A DNA stretch of 64,000 nt from Patescibacteria group bacterium (lineage in GTDB: Bacteria; Patescibacteriota; Patescibacteriia; JBAZBY01), in the NCBI GenBank assembly GCA_041671225.1, contig JBAZBY010000001.1, positions 430,940 to 494,939 of the forward strand. The letters run 5' to 3'. Of this stretch, positions 37,200 through 46,331 are shown one piece after another (the stretch's first letter is position 1; every line of letters starts with the position of its first letter). Below the pieces are notes generated by a model. That model made no database searches. It was given only the letters and a program-made list of their open reading frames with translations, and was not told where the DNA came from. The position numbers and the translations under genes are program-made.

Positions 37200-39509
37200 T
37201 TAATTGGAGATGCGTTGCGGAAAGTATTCACTCCCAAGGGGCTCTAGATTTCCACTGCCATTTGGGTTAAAACCATTCGATATTTCAATATAATCATCAA
37301 ACCCATCACCGTCAGTGTCTGTATTGTTTTTGTCGGTGCCATATTGGTATTCAATCGCGTCATGAAGTTTGTCGCCATCCGCATCAAAAATATCAACGGT
37401 TTCCTCAACGCCACCAGCACTTGCACCTCCCTCAAGCGAGAGAAAGCGATCCGTCGCCGTATTCAATCCTGCGATAAATCCAAAATTCCCAACGATAACG
37501 GTGCCGGTTTCTCCTTGGAGCTGATAGAGAAGTTTATAGTGCGTTCCTTCGGCCGTTGGGCTATAGTTGAAGTTTTCTCCGGTGACAATATCTATTAATG
37601 AAGGTGGTGCTTCGTTCCAAGCATCTGCCGTTGCAAGAAGATCATTTAGTGTCTCTGGGTAGATACCATTATCGACATAATAGTATTTGAGAAGATTGTG
37701 AAGCGTTGAAATATTTCCCGTTTGACGCTGATTCTCAATCGGCTGAAGTTCTTCTTCGGTTGGTAAGCTCAAAACAGTAGGTGTTCCGCTAAACTGGAAA
37801 GCTGTTGCGATATTTGTTTGATTTGGCAAGAGACTTCCTATGTCATAACGATATGGCATGAGAAGACTAATCGGGTTTTGTAAATTTTCTACGGAGGGTG
37901 GGCCTTGGAAATCGAGAAGATACCCATTCAAATTATCTGTGTCGAGATGATACGTAAAAGGCTTCTTGGTATATTGATCCAAAGGAATTTCTTCAAGATA
38001 CTTTGGGGTCAGTTGTTCAAGTGATGTAGGGTACGTATATTCGTTATCATATGAATAGTCCCGAAGAGCATTGCGAACCCGATTTACGCTTCCGAGTTGG
38101 TGGTAGGCTACCATATCGGCATCGGTGAGACCGAATGTCTCTTGTGCAATGGTGTCTATGTCAACAGCGTTTGTAGGATTCTGAATGATAATGGGTTGAT
38201 TGACATCGGTGAGTGTAAGAGAAAAACGCATCACTAATTGTTTATCAGGAAGTATATTCGCACTCGTTGGGATAAGCCTCAGCCAGATTTCTGTTTTTAC
38301 CGGCATGTCAGTTTGGGCATCAATCCAGACATCAACGTAGCTGTTTTGTTGAAGGGAATCTAAAAATAACAAGAATGCAGGATCATCATAGATTGCAAAC
38401 ACATCATCACTGCCGATGAATGGAATTTCAATTGATTGATTTTTTTCAGAAAGTATTTGTAGTGCAGCAGTGAGAGCCGGGCGAATATTTTTAGGATTGG
38501 TTCCGACACGAAGATGGCGCGTGTTGACGTTGTTGATCATTTCCTTCCCAAGATCCTTTCGTATCGTGAACAGTCCTTGCGTGACGAGCGCTGATGAGAT
38601 TTCTTGTGCGGTTTCAATCGTCGTGTTTTCTTTTGACGATGGTGGGGTTGCGTCCGGCGTTGTGTTGATTGTCCCAAGACCGAGTATTTCTCCAAGCGCA
38701 GAATCTTTTTCAAGATGTATCCACGTATTCAGGAGCGGAGTGAGATCTGTATTATTTCCCACAAGATCATTGGCGAGAGAGGGTAATGTGGAAATGAGCG
38801 CATAGAGATTATTCTCAATAAGACGCATTTGCATTGCGAATCCTTCATCTATTTCATTGAAAACGAATTGACCCTCCATACCGAATTCTGTATCGCCAAG
38901 ACCGTTGTTCGCAATGTCTTTTTTAAAAATACCGTTCATCGATAGCGTCATATCCATATTATTTGGTACAAATCCAAATAAGGAATCCAAACCACTGGAA
39001 GGCAAGGATGTTGCGATATTTTCGATACCAACATTTGCGGCGCTACTGTCGATTGAGAAGGCACTTTGTGCATGAGCGATATTCGGCTGTAGCCATGAGC
39101 TGGCGTTCGACATGTTCGTATTCTTTGTTGAGATGTTTTGCATCGCCTCGTCATAACTTTCCCAATCGATCGGTATGGCATCCGCATCGCGTGGTTGTAC
39201 GCTCACGTCTAGATCAATATGATATTTGGCAGATTCAATTGAAAAGAGTTGTTCAATTGTCTTTGAAAATACCGCCGTGGCACGATTGTTAAAGAATTGT
39301 GTTGGTGTCGGTATCCATCCCTGATACATGCCAAAGGCCGTGCCGCCAAAAAACAGAATCGCAAGGGCAGTAATGATTCCCCATATAAATCTTTTGCGAC
39401 CGCGTTTTTGTGGTGCTTGAAATCCGTCGCCTTGTTTTTGTGGTGCTTGCGGACGCTCAGGCGTCAGACTTGGTTGTGCTGGAGAAAAAATATCTTGAAT
39501 GTCAGCCAT
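37200..39509 (-). CDS. membrane-anchored protein with two pseudopilin-G-like segments and C-terminal TSP3-like Ca-binding repeats
   Basis: TM; ALRDYSYDNEYTYPTSLEQL and LLKYYYVDNGIYPETLNDL; DADGDKL.D..E...GTD....DTDGDGFDD..E...G.NP.G. Confidence 0.7.
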   Translation of the reverse strand: MADIQDIFSPAQPSLTPERPQAPQKQGDGFQAPQKRGRKRFIWGIITALAILFFGGTAFGMYQGWIPTPTQFFNNRATAVFSKTIEQLFSIESAKYHIDLDVSVQPRDADAIPIDWESYDEAMQNISTKNTNMSNASSWLQPNIAHAQSAFSIDSSAANVGIENIATSLPSSGLDSLFGFVPNNMDMTLSMNGIFKKDIANNGLGDTEFGMEGQFVFNEIDEGFAMQMRLIENNLYALISTLPSLANDLVGNNTDLTPLLNTWIHLEKDSALGEILGLGTINTTPDATPPSSKENTTIETAQEISSALVTQGLFTIRKDLGKEMINNVNTRHLRVGTNPKNIRPALTAALQILSEKNQSIEIPFIGSDDVFAIYDDPAFLLFLDSLQQNSYVDVWIDAQTDMPVKTEIWLRLIPTSANILPDKQLVMRFSLTLTDVNQPIIIQNPTNAVDIDTIAQETFGLTDADMVAYHQLGSVNRVRNALRDYSYDNEYTYPTSLEQLTPKYLEEIPLDQYTKKPFTYHLDTDNLNGYLLDFQGPPSVENLQNPISLLMPYRYDIGSLLPNQTNIATAFQFSGTPTVLSLPTEEELQPIENQRQTGNISTLHNLLKYYYVDNGIYPETLNDLLATADAWNEAPPSLIDIVTGENFNYSPTAEGTHYKLLYQLQGETGTVIVGNFGFIAGLNTATDRFLSLEGGASAGGVEETVDIFDADGDKLHDAIEYQYGTDKNNTDTDGDGFDDYIEISNGFNPNGSGNLEPLGSEYFPQRISN

Positions 39510-39586
39510 GCATGCAGTATAAACAGGTTTTTGAGTACACACAATGACTGGAAAAGTGACTCTTTATTTGATACACTTGTGCAGCT

Positions 39587-40591
39587 ATGGCAAATCCATA
39601 TACGGTGTATCGTTTCATTGCAGAGGAACAACGGAAGCACAAAGATGCGACCGGGGAGTTTTCTAATCTCTTCCGTGACTTGATCGTAGCCGTAAAAGAG
39701 ATCAACCAGCACGTGCGCAAGGCAGGACTCGGAGAGGCGCTTGGCGAGATGGAAAGTGAGAATGCAAGCGGTGATGCGCAGAAGAAACTTGATGTCATGG
39801 CAAATGAGATTTTAAAGGACGCCATGTGTCATGGCGGGCATTTGTGCGCTATTGGATCGGAAGAAGAAGCGGGGTTGGTATCGATTCCGATCGAGCATCC
39901 AACAGGTGATTACGTCATGTTGTTCGATCCGCTGGATGGCTCAGGGAATGCGAATATCGGTCTTGATGTGGGAACCATTTTTTCCATACGAGAACGCATG
40001 AGCCGAGAGAAGGAATCTCCCGGCGGTCTTGCGGATGTGCTCCGCCCCGGTTCAGAACAAGTTGCCGCCGGTTATGTGCTCTATGGCGCAAGCACGCATC
40101 TTGTGTTCACCACCGGCAACGGCGTGCATCATTTTACGTATGATCCGGCAGTGGGAGAATTTTTTCTGACGGAAGCCAATGTCCAATTACAAGAAACGAC
40201 AAAAGTGTTTTCTGCAAATTTGGCCAATCGCCATCTTTTTGGCGATGCAGAGAATCGATTTCTTGATGAGCTGACCGGCGCAACGGATCCATCCGGCAAG
40301 GGATTAAAATATCGCTGGATGAAGTGCATGGTGGCAGAGGTGCATAGCGCATTGATGGAGGGGGGCATGTATTTTTATCCCACAAAGAAGAGCGGGGAAG
40401 GAAAGATCCGCTTCTTGTATGAGTGGCAGCCGATGGCAATGCTTTTTGAGCAGGCCGGGGGCGCATCAACTGATGGCACACAGAGTCTCCTCACACGCGT
40501 TCCAACGGAACTGCATGAAAAATGCGGTGGACTCATTGGTACCAAGGCCGCTGTTGCCCGCTACGAAGCATTAGTGAAGGAATACCGTTAA
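39587..40591 (+). CDS. fbp: class 1 fructose-1,6-bisphosphatase
   Basis: GD.QKKLD, SEE, FDPLDGS, GTIFSI, AAGY.LYG, GK.R.LYE..P.A. Confidence 0.88.
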   Translation: MANPYTVYRFIAEEQRKHKDATGEFSNLFRDLIVAVKEINQHVRKAGLGEALGEMESENASGDAQKKLDVMANEILKDAMCHGGHLCAIGSEEEAGLVSIPIEHPTGDYVMLFDPLDGSGNANIGLDVGTIFSIRERMSREKESPGGLADVLRPGSEQVAAGYVLYGASTHLVFTTGNGVHHFTYDPAVGEFFLTEANVQLQETTKVFSANLANRHLFGDAENRFLDELTGATDPSGKGLKYRWMKCMVAEVHSALMEGGMYFYPTKKSGEGKIRFLYEWQPMAMLFEQAGGASTDGTQSLLTRVPTELHEKCGGLIGTKAAVARYEALVKEYR

Positions 40592-40622
40592 GTGGATCGG
40601 GAACTGGACGGTGGGAATTACT

Positions 40623-41546
40623 TTACTGTATCTTCCCAGCGTGAATATCCATGACCGTCGTCAGGAATTCAACTGCGTGTTCTTTGTCGCGCTGAAACGA
40701 GTTACGTCCGATGACCGACCCATGCCCACCACCGTCACGGATCGCGCGGATCTCATCGTAGATTTCCGCATCTTCTTTCTTTGAACCTCCAGAGAAGATA
40801 ATCAGTCGTTTGCCATTGAACGCGCTCTGGACGACATGCGCGACCCGTTCAGCCAGCGTGCCGATAGCTACATTTTCGGATTCATAGACAGCTTTTGCTT
40901 TCTCATCTTCAATATGATCCGTTGGCAGTTTGACCTTGATGATGTGCGCACCCATCTGTGCGGCGAGGTGTGCGGCATACGCGATGATATCAATACCAGT
41001 CTGTCCCTCCTTACTCATACCCGAGCCGCGCGGATAGCACCACACGATGAGTACGAGTCCATGTTCTCGCGCCTTGGCTGCGACTGACTGTAGTTGTTGG
41101 TACATGTCGCGCCATGGTTTAGAACCCGGATAGATGGTGAAACCGACACCGACGCACCCCATACGCGCCGCATCCTCAACTGATGATGTCAGGGCAGGGA
41201 TGGGATCGTCTTCCTTCACGATCGAGTCGTGATTGTTCAGTTTTAAGATCAGCGGCATTTTTTTTGCGTAGCGGCTGGCAACGTGCTGAATGAAGCCATA
41301 CGGTGCTGCGTATGCGCTGCAGCCGGCCTCGATTGCGAGGTTCACATGATAGTCTGGATCATACGCTGCAGGATTCATGGCGAAACTGCGTGCGGGACCA
41401 TGTTCGAATCCTTGGTCGACCGGAAGGATGACCAGTTTGCCGGTCCCCGCGAGACGACCAGTCATTAAGATGCGCTCGAGATTTGCGAGTGTTTCTTTGT
41501 TTTCCGAGGAGTAGTGCTCCAGCGTGAGATGGACTGCGTTACTCAT
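40623..41546 (-). CDS. fbaB: class I fructose-bisphosphate aldolase (DhnA type)
   Basis: ILPVDQGFEHGP, ILKLN, IYPGS, W.YPRG, IIKVK, SGG, IGRN.FQR. Confidence 0.92.
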   Translation of the reverse strand: MSNAVHLTLEHYSSENKETLANLERILMTGRLAGTGKLVILPVDQGFEHGPARSFAMNPAAYDPDYHVNLAIEAGCSAYAAPYGFIQHVASRYAKKMPLILKLNNHDSIVKEDDPIPALTSSVEDAARMGCVGVGFTIYPGSKPWRDMYQQLQSVAAKAREHGLVLIVWCYPRGSGMSKEGQTGIDIIAYAAHLAAQMGAHIIKVKLPTDHIEDEKAKAVYESENVAIGTLAERVAHVVQSAFNGKRLIIFSGGSKKEDAEIYDEIRAIRDGGGHGSVIGRNSFQRDKEHAVEFLTTVMDIHAGKIQ

Positions 41547-41644
41547 GGGGATAGTGTTAATAGTCGGCTTTATTGCTGGGGTAGTATACCATGAGCGCAG
41601 GACTTCCGAAATTCCTTTCAATAACCATAAAGTAAACTAAGTGC

Positions 41645-41675
41645 GTGAAAGAAAATGCTATTCTATAGTGTAATA
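41645..41675 (+). promoter_or_regulatory. putative ECF-sigma promoter (autoregulatory)
   Basis: GTGAAAGAA-N15-TGTAATA; same architecture as 42970-43000. Confidence 0.55.
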
Positions 41676-41688
41676 GAATAAAGGTCGT

Positions 41689-42234
41689 ATGCCTGAGCCC
41701 ACTGACGAACAACTTGCCGCGGAAGCCCAACGCGGGAGCCAACCGGCCCTTACCGCGCTTTTTAAACGCTATACAGAAAGATTGCTTCGGTATGCAATAA
41801 GCATCGTCAAATCCGGAGATGAAGCGCACGATGTGGTTCAGGAAGCCTTTATCAAGGCGTATATGAATCTCAAAAGTTTTGATACAAAGCGGAAGTTTTC
41901 ATCCTGGATCTATCGTATCGTGCATAACGAGGCAATGAATCATATCCGTCGGGAAAGCCGTCGGCCCTGGATATCGCTCGATGCGGATACCGTTCTTCCG
42001 CTGCCGGCCAGCGAGAAGCCGGATCCGCTTGAAGAGCAGATGACGGCGGAGGAGAAGCAAGAAATGCAAGATGCGATTCATTCCTTGCCGGTGAAGTATC
42101 GAGAAGTTGTTGAATTGCGCTATCTGCAGGAATTTTCATATGAGGAAATTGCGGATATATTAACGATTCCACAAGCAACCGTCGGCGTGCGTCTCTCACG
42201 AGCAAAATCCCTTTTGAAAAAGAAGATTTTATGA
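41689..42234 (+). CDS. ECF RNA polymerase sigma factor (SigW-like)
   Basis: DVVQEAFIKAY, FSSWIYRI..N, LP.KYR, SYEEIA.IL....TV..RL.RA. Confidence 0.92.
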   Translation: MPEPTDEQLAAEAQRGSQPALTALFKRYTERLLRYAISIVKSGDEAHDVVQEAFIKAYMNLKSFDTKRKFSSWIYRIVHNEAMNHIRRESRRPWISLDADTVLPLPASEKPDPLEEQMTAEEKQEMQDAIHSLPVKYREVVELRYLQEFSYEEIADILTIPQATVGVRLSRAKSLLKKKIL

Positions 42235-43001
42235 TTGAGCCAAATAACAAAAAAGATTTCATCGAAGAAACGCTTAAAAAAATTACTGAGCGTAAGATTG
42301 CCATGCGTTCAAAATCGTATTTTGTTTTGCGTGCTGCGGCGTTTATTGGTGTGGCACTTCTTATTGCAGCCATCACGCTCTTTCTCGCGAGTCTTTTCCT
42401 TTATTATCTGCGCGTATCAGGCGCATCCTCATTACTTCGTATCGGGCCGGAAGGTTTCAGTGATTTTCTTCGCGCGCTTCCGTTGTGGCTCTTGGCGATC
42501 GGATTGTTTGGCCTTGGTATTGTGCTTTTCCTTTCTCTTCATTTTCGGCTTACATTCAAGAAACCCCTTGCGCTGACGCTTGGAGGGGTGCTCATTGGCA
42601 TGGTTGCTGGGAGTTTTGCTCTTTCATATATTCCATTGCATGGTTCTATTTTTAACGCAGCAAAAGAGGGGCGCGCACCCTTTGCCACTCCCCTTCATCG
42701 CATGCTCGTGAACCGTGAGATTCCACACGCGATGGTCGGCGAGGTTCTTGAAATACGGGAGAAGGATATGACGCTCTTAACGATTGCTGAGCAAGTTGAG
42801 GTTGGTTTTGAGGACGAGACAGTCTTTCTTCCGGAGAGACCCTTTGCGGGTGATACGGTTATCATACACGGAGAAATTGAGGGCAGTAGCATTATCGCAG
42901 ACGCGGTCGTGAAGGTGGACCATGCAATCGGCGAGTTTCGGGGGCCGTTCTTCAGGCGTGATATGCGCAGTGAAAGAATGTTACCTCCCCCGGCGTATTA
43001 A
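42231..43001 (+). CDS. membrane protein, putative anti-sigma factor
   Basis: Overlaps the ECF sigma stop codon; three TMs and a soluble C-terminal beta-rich domain. Confidence 0.6.
   Translation: MIEPNNKKDFIEETLKKITERKIAMRSKSYFVLRAAAFIGVALLIAAITLFLASLFLYYLRVSGASSLLRIGPEGFSDFLRALPLWLLAIGLFGLGIVLFLSLHFRLTFKKPLALTLGGVLIGMVAGSFALSYIPLHGSIFNAAKEGRAPFATPLHRMLVNREIPHAMVGEVLEIREKDMTLLTIAEQVEVGFEDETVFLPERPFAGDTVIIHGEIEGSSIIADAVVKVDHAIGEFRGPFFRRDMRSERMLPPPAY
42970..43000 (+). promoter_or_regulatory. putative ECF-sigma promoter of the downstream secreted protein
   Basis: GTGAAAGAA-N15-CGTATTA; resembles the SigW-type TGAAAC-N16/17-CGTA consensus. Confidence 0.55.
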
Positions 43002-43045
43002 GGGTGAAAGGTCGAAAGAATAATCCCCCTAACACATACCCTTAC

Positions 43046-43549
43046 ATGAAAAAAGGTCTCCTCACTCTTACGCTTGCAGTTTCCAGTATCCTCATTGGCG
43101 GCGTGATCGCTGTCGCAACCACAAGCGCATTTGCGCAAAACAGCGATACTGCGGTACCTGCAGCTGAGACGAGTACCGCAACAACAGCGCAGGACACAAT
43201 GCCGCTGTTAAGCGCAGAAGAACGTGATGCCATTCACACGCAAGTACAAGAGCGTACTGCGGAAAAGCTTGGTGTTACGGTAGATGCAATGGATACAGCG
43301 CGAACAGAAGCGCGAACAGAAGTCTTTGCCGAACATGGCATTGATCTCGCAGCGCATCAGGCAGAACGCCTTGAGCGCATGACAGCGCATCTACAGGAAA
43401 TGGTGGATGAAGGTCGCATCACGCAAGAAGAAATGGATGCGCGCATTCAGCAGATCGAAGATGGCGAAGGTTTTGGTCCAGGTATGGGCCAAGGCATGCA
43501 CGATGGTCTCGGACATGGACATCGCGGCATGGGTTCCATGGACCTCTAA
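43046..43549 (+). CDS. secreted helical protein with Gly/Met/His-rich tail (YckD-like)
   Basis: Signal peptide ending AFA; V.EG.ITQEE.D motif; GMGQGMHDGLGHGHRGM tail. Confidence 0.65.
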   Translation: MKKGLLTLTLAVSSILIGGVIAVATTSAFAQNSDTAVPAAETSTATTAQDTMPLLSAEERDAIHTQVQERTAEKLGVTVDAMDTARTEARTEVFAEHGIDLAAHQAERLERMTAHLQEMVDEGRITQEEMDARIQQIEDGEGFGPGMGQGMHDGLGHGHRGMGSMDL

Positions 43550-43576
43550 CACATTGGTGACTTTGCTTTTCCCGTT

Positions 43577-43610
43577 CAGGGCGCGTCAAGGGCGGCGCGC
43601 CCTGTTTTTT
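43577..43610 (+). terminator. intrinsic terminator
   Basis: CAGGGCGCG-N10-CGCGCCCTG-TTTTTT. Confidence 0.75.
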
Positions 43611-43653
43611 ATTTGTAGTGCGTGTTACCGTTTGCATGAAGGAGGTGAATACT

Positions 43654-44076
43654 ATGAAAAAAAAGAAATCCGGCGAAGCTCAAAAAAAGGGTGGCAGTGG
43701 TATGTTTGCCTTTGCCGCCGCAGCCGCGCTTGCGGCAGCAACCTTTGTGTATTTGAAAAAGAAAGGCGTTGGCAAAAAGCACGCGCAGGTTGTAAAGAAG
43801 CACGGGCAAGGGCTCTCTGCATTGGTGAAGGGTGAAGGAAGGGCCGCGTATCAGGAAGTACGCGCAGTTGTTAAAGAAGAACTTGCAGAAGAAGATGTCC
43901 CGCCAACAAGAGCAGTGGTGCAACGCATCGTGAAACGTTCCCTGGCGGAATTGAAAAAGCATGGCCGTCTGACAAAATCAGAGCTTGATGCGCTCTCTGA
44001 AGAATTGATCGTTGATTGGAAAGGTATCACCGCTGATGCAAAAAAACCCGCTGCACCAGGAAGGAAGAAAGCGTAA
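43654..44076 (+). CDS. hypothetical basic protein with N-terminal hydrophobic anchor
   Basis: AAGGAGGTGA RBS before ATG 43654; Ala-rich TM followed by a Lys-rich helical region. Confidence 0.65.
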   Translation: MKKKKSGEAQKKGGSGMFAFAAAAALAAATFVYLKKKGVGKKHAQVVKKHGQGLSALVKGEGRAAYQEVRAVVKEELAEEDVPPTRAVVQRIVKRSLAELKKHGRLTKSELDALSEELIVDWKGITADAKKPAAPGRKKA

Positions 44077-44085
44077 ACGATGAAG

Positions 44086-44113
44086 AAGGGCGCCCCGCAT
44101 CCGGGGCGCTTTT
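44086..44113. terminator. terminator between convergent genes
   Basis: AAGGGCGCCCCG-loop-CGGGGCGCTTTT. Confidence 0.7.
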
Positions 44114-44115
44114 GG

Positions 44116-44910
44116 TTATTCTGCCTTATTGAAGCTCCAGAATGACAACGCGAACATCACAAGTCCAAACGCAAGAATCACCAACGCGTCGAGCCCAAGT
44201 CCATAGACAAGGAGTTGGTCTTTCACAATTGCGGGTGCGTCAGAGAATATGATATTGCGGAGTCCATCCACTGCGTAGGTAAGTGGATTCATTTTTGAGA
44301 GCAGACTCATCCATTGAGGCACGTTTGTGAGTGGGAAGAACGCGCCGGAGAGGAACATCATAGGGAAGAAGAGGAATTGGAAAATAAATTGAAAGCCTTC
44401 TGCATTACGCATGCGACTCGCGATAAGGAGTCCTAAAGATGTCACCGCAAAGGAGAGCAGTAGTGAGATGCCGAGTAGTAATGGAAGAGCGGTCCAATCA
44501 ATTGTAAAACCAAAGATCGGTGAGATGATGATGATAATAATCGCCTGGAACAAGCCAATGATGGTACCCGAAAAAATCTTGCCAAGGATGATGGACCATC
44601 GGGAGACCGGTGCCACGAGAATTTCTTTAAGAAAGCCAAATTCACGGTCAGTTACAATAGAGATGGAGGTATTGAGCGCGACACCGAGGACAGTTGTTGC
44701 GATAATGCCGGGGAACATGAATTCAACGAAGTTAAAATCAAAACCTTCGCCAAGTTGCAGTGTGGATTCTAGACCCACACCAAACACGCCTAAAAATATG
44801 AGGGGCTGTGCGAGCGATCCGATAATGCGAGCCTTGTCTCGGAAAAATCGGAGTAGGTCACGGTATGCTATATTGCGAATAGCGCGAAATTCGAGTTCTA
44901 ATGTACTCAT
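44116..44910 (-). CDS. ABC-2 transporter permease (DrrB-like)
   Basis: FMFPG, DREFGFLKEILVAP, PMMFLSG.FFP, NPLTY.VD.LR. Confidence 0.92.
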   Translation of the reverse strand: MSTLELEFRAIRNIAYRDLLRFFRDKARIIGSLAQPLIFLGVFGVGLESTLQLGEGFDFNFVEFMFPGIIATTVLGVALNTSISIVTDREFGFLKEILVAPVSRWSIILGKIFSGTIIGLFQAIIIIIISPIFGFTIDWTALPLLLGISLLLSFAVTSLGLLIASRMRNAEGFQFIFQFLFFPMMFLSGAFFPLTNVPQWMSLLSKMNPLTYAVDGLRNIIFSDAPAIVKDQLLVYGLGLDALVILAFGLVMFALSFWSFNKAE

Positions 44911-45893
44911 CGTCGGAATCCTCTTCGCTGCATGAATGCTTTAGTCTTTTCTTTGTTTGATGCTTCGTCTTCTCGGATTTCCCGACCGGTGAACTTCAGA
45001 AAGACGTCATCCATCGTCGGTTCGCGGAGCGCAACGCTGGTGACCTTTACAGGAAGATCACGGATCATTTTCGGTAACAACTCCTCGCCATTCTGTGCAA
45101 CAATGATGAGTTTTCCTTCTTTTGCTTCCGCCTGCAGCTTGAACGTTGCAAGGATCCCTTCCTGCGCCTTTTGGTTGTCTTCCGTTGTCAGTGTGATGAT
45201 GTCGCCGCCGACTTGCCGTTTGAGGTTCTTTGGAGTATCCAGCGCGATGATCTTTCCGTGGTCGATGATGGCGATGCGGTTGCAATATTCCGCCTCCGCC
45301 AGATAGTGCGTCGTGAGGAAGAGGGTGATGTCCTGTTCGTGAGCGACCTTCAAGATATATTGCCAGATGACGGATCGCGTCTGCGGATCCAGTCCTATGG
45401 TCGGTTCATCAAGGAAAAGCAACCGCGGATGATGCAGCAGCCCGCGCGCGATCTCCAGCCGGCGCTTCATGCCCCCGGAAAAATTGCGGACATAATCATT
45501 TGCGCGGTCTGCAAGTTCAACGATCTTCAGCAATTCTTTGCTTCGCTCTTCATATTCCGGCTTCGTGACGCCGTAAAATTCTGCATGAAAGCGGAGATTC
45601 TCATACGCTTTGAGCTCCAGGTCCAGTGTGGAATCCTGGAAGACAAGCCCGATCGCCCTGCGAACGGCAATGCGGTCATTCTTGATGGAATGTCCGTCAA
45701 TGCGCGCGTCTCCTTCGGTTGCCCGGAGAATGGTAGCGAGCATGTTGATGGTGGTGGTCTTTCCTGCTCCGTTCGGTCCAAGAAAACCAAAGACTTCGCC
45801 TTCTCCGACAGAAAAAGAAATGTGATCAACGGCAGTGAAGTCGCCGAATGTACGGGTCAGGCCATCTACTTCAAGGATATTGCTTTCTGTCAT
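44907..45893 (-). CDS. ABC transporter ATP-binding protein (DrrA-like)
   Basis: GPNGAGKTT, FSGGMKRR, FLDEPT.GLDP, TTH. Confidence 0.94.
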   Translation of the reverse strand: MTESNILEVDGLTRTFGDFTAVDHISFSVGEGEVFGFLGPNGAGKTTTINMLATILRATEGDARIDGHSIKNDRIAVRRAIGLVFQDSTLDLELKAYENLRFHAEFYGVTKPEYEERSKELLKIVELADRANDYVRNFSGGMKRRLEIARGLLHHPRLLFLDEPTIGLDPQTRSVIWQYILKVAHEQDITLFLTTHYLAEAEYCNRIAIIDHGKIIALDTPKNLKRQVGGDIITLTTEDNQKAQEGILATFKLQAEAKEGKLIIVAQNGEELLPKMIRDLPVKVTSVALREPTMDDVFLKFTGREIREDEASNKEKTKAFMQRRGFRR

Positions 45894-46005
45894 ACGGGGA
45901 AGAAGAATAGCATGGAACCGGTTTCCGGACAACCCCCGCAGGTCGCGCAGATTTGACAGCTTTCATATCCTTCGGTAGAATCGTGAGCACGCATATATCT
46001 TTGTT

Positions 46006-46242
46006 ATGGCACAGATTTGTGAAATCACAGGAAAGCAGGCACAAACCGGAAACAGCCGGAGCCATTCAAATATCGCCTCAAAGCGACGTTTTAAGGTGAA
46101 TCTGCATAAGAAAAAGGTATTGAATCCGGCAACGAGTCGTTTTATGACTGTGAAAATCTCAACGAGCGGCATGAAACTCCTGAATAAGTGGGATCGTGAA
46201 GGGAAACAATATGATCTCCGTGATTTTGTAACGAAGATATAG
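46006..46242 (+). CDS. rpmB: 50S ribosomal protein L28
   Basis: C.ITGK....GN.RSHS....KRRF.VNL; terminator at 46264-46289. Confidence 0.93.
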   Translation: MAQICEITGKQAQTGNSRSHSNIASKRRFKVNLHKKKVLNPATSRFMTVKISTSGMKLLNKWDREGKQYDLRDFVTKI

Positions 46243-46331
46243 GAGAATAGAGAGAGTAAGAGGAATCCGCGCGCGACGCGGATTTTTTTGTGTATTCTTT
46301 GTAAAGAGAAAATTATGTATACTCCCCCTGC

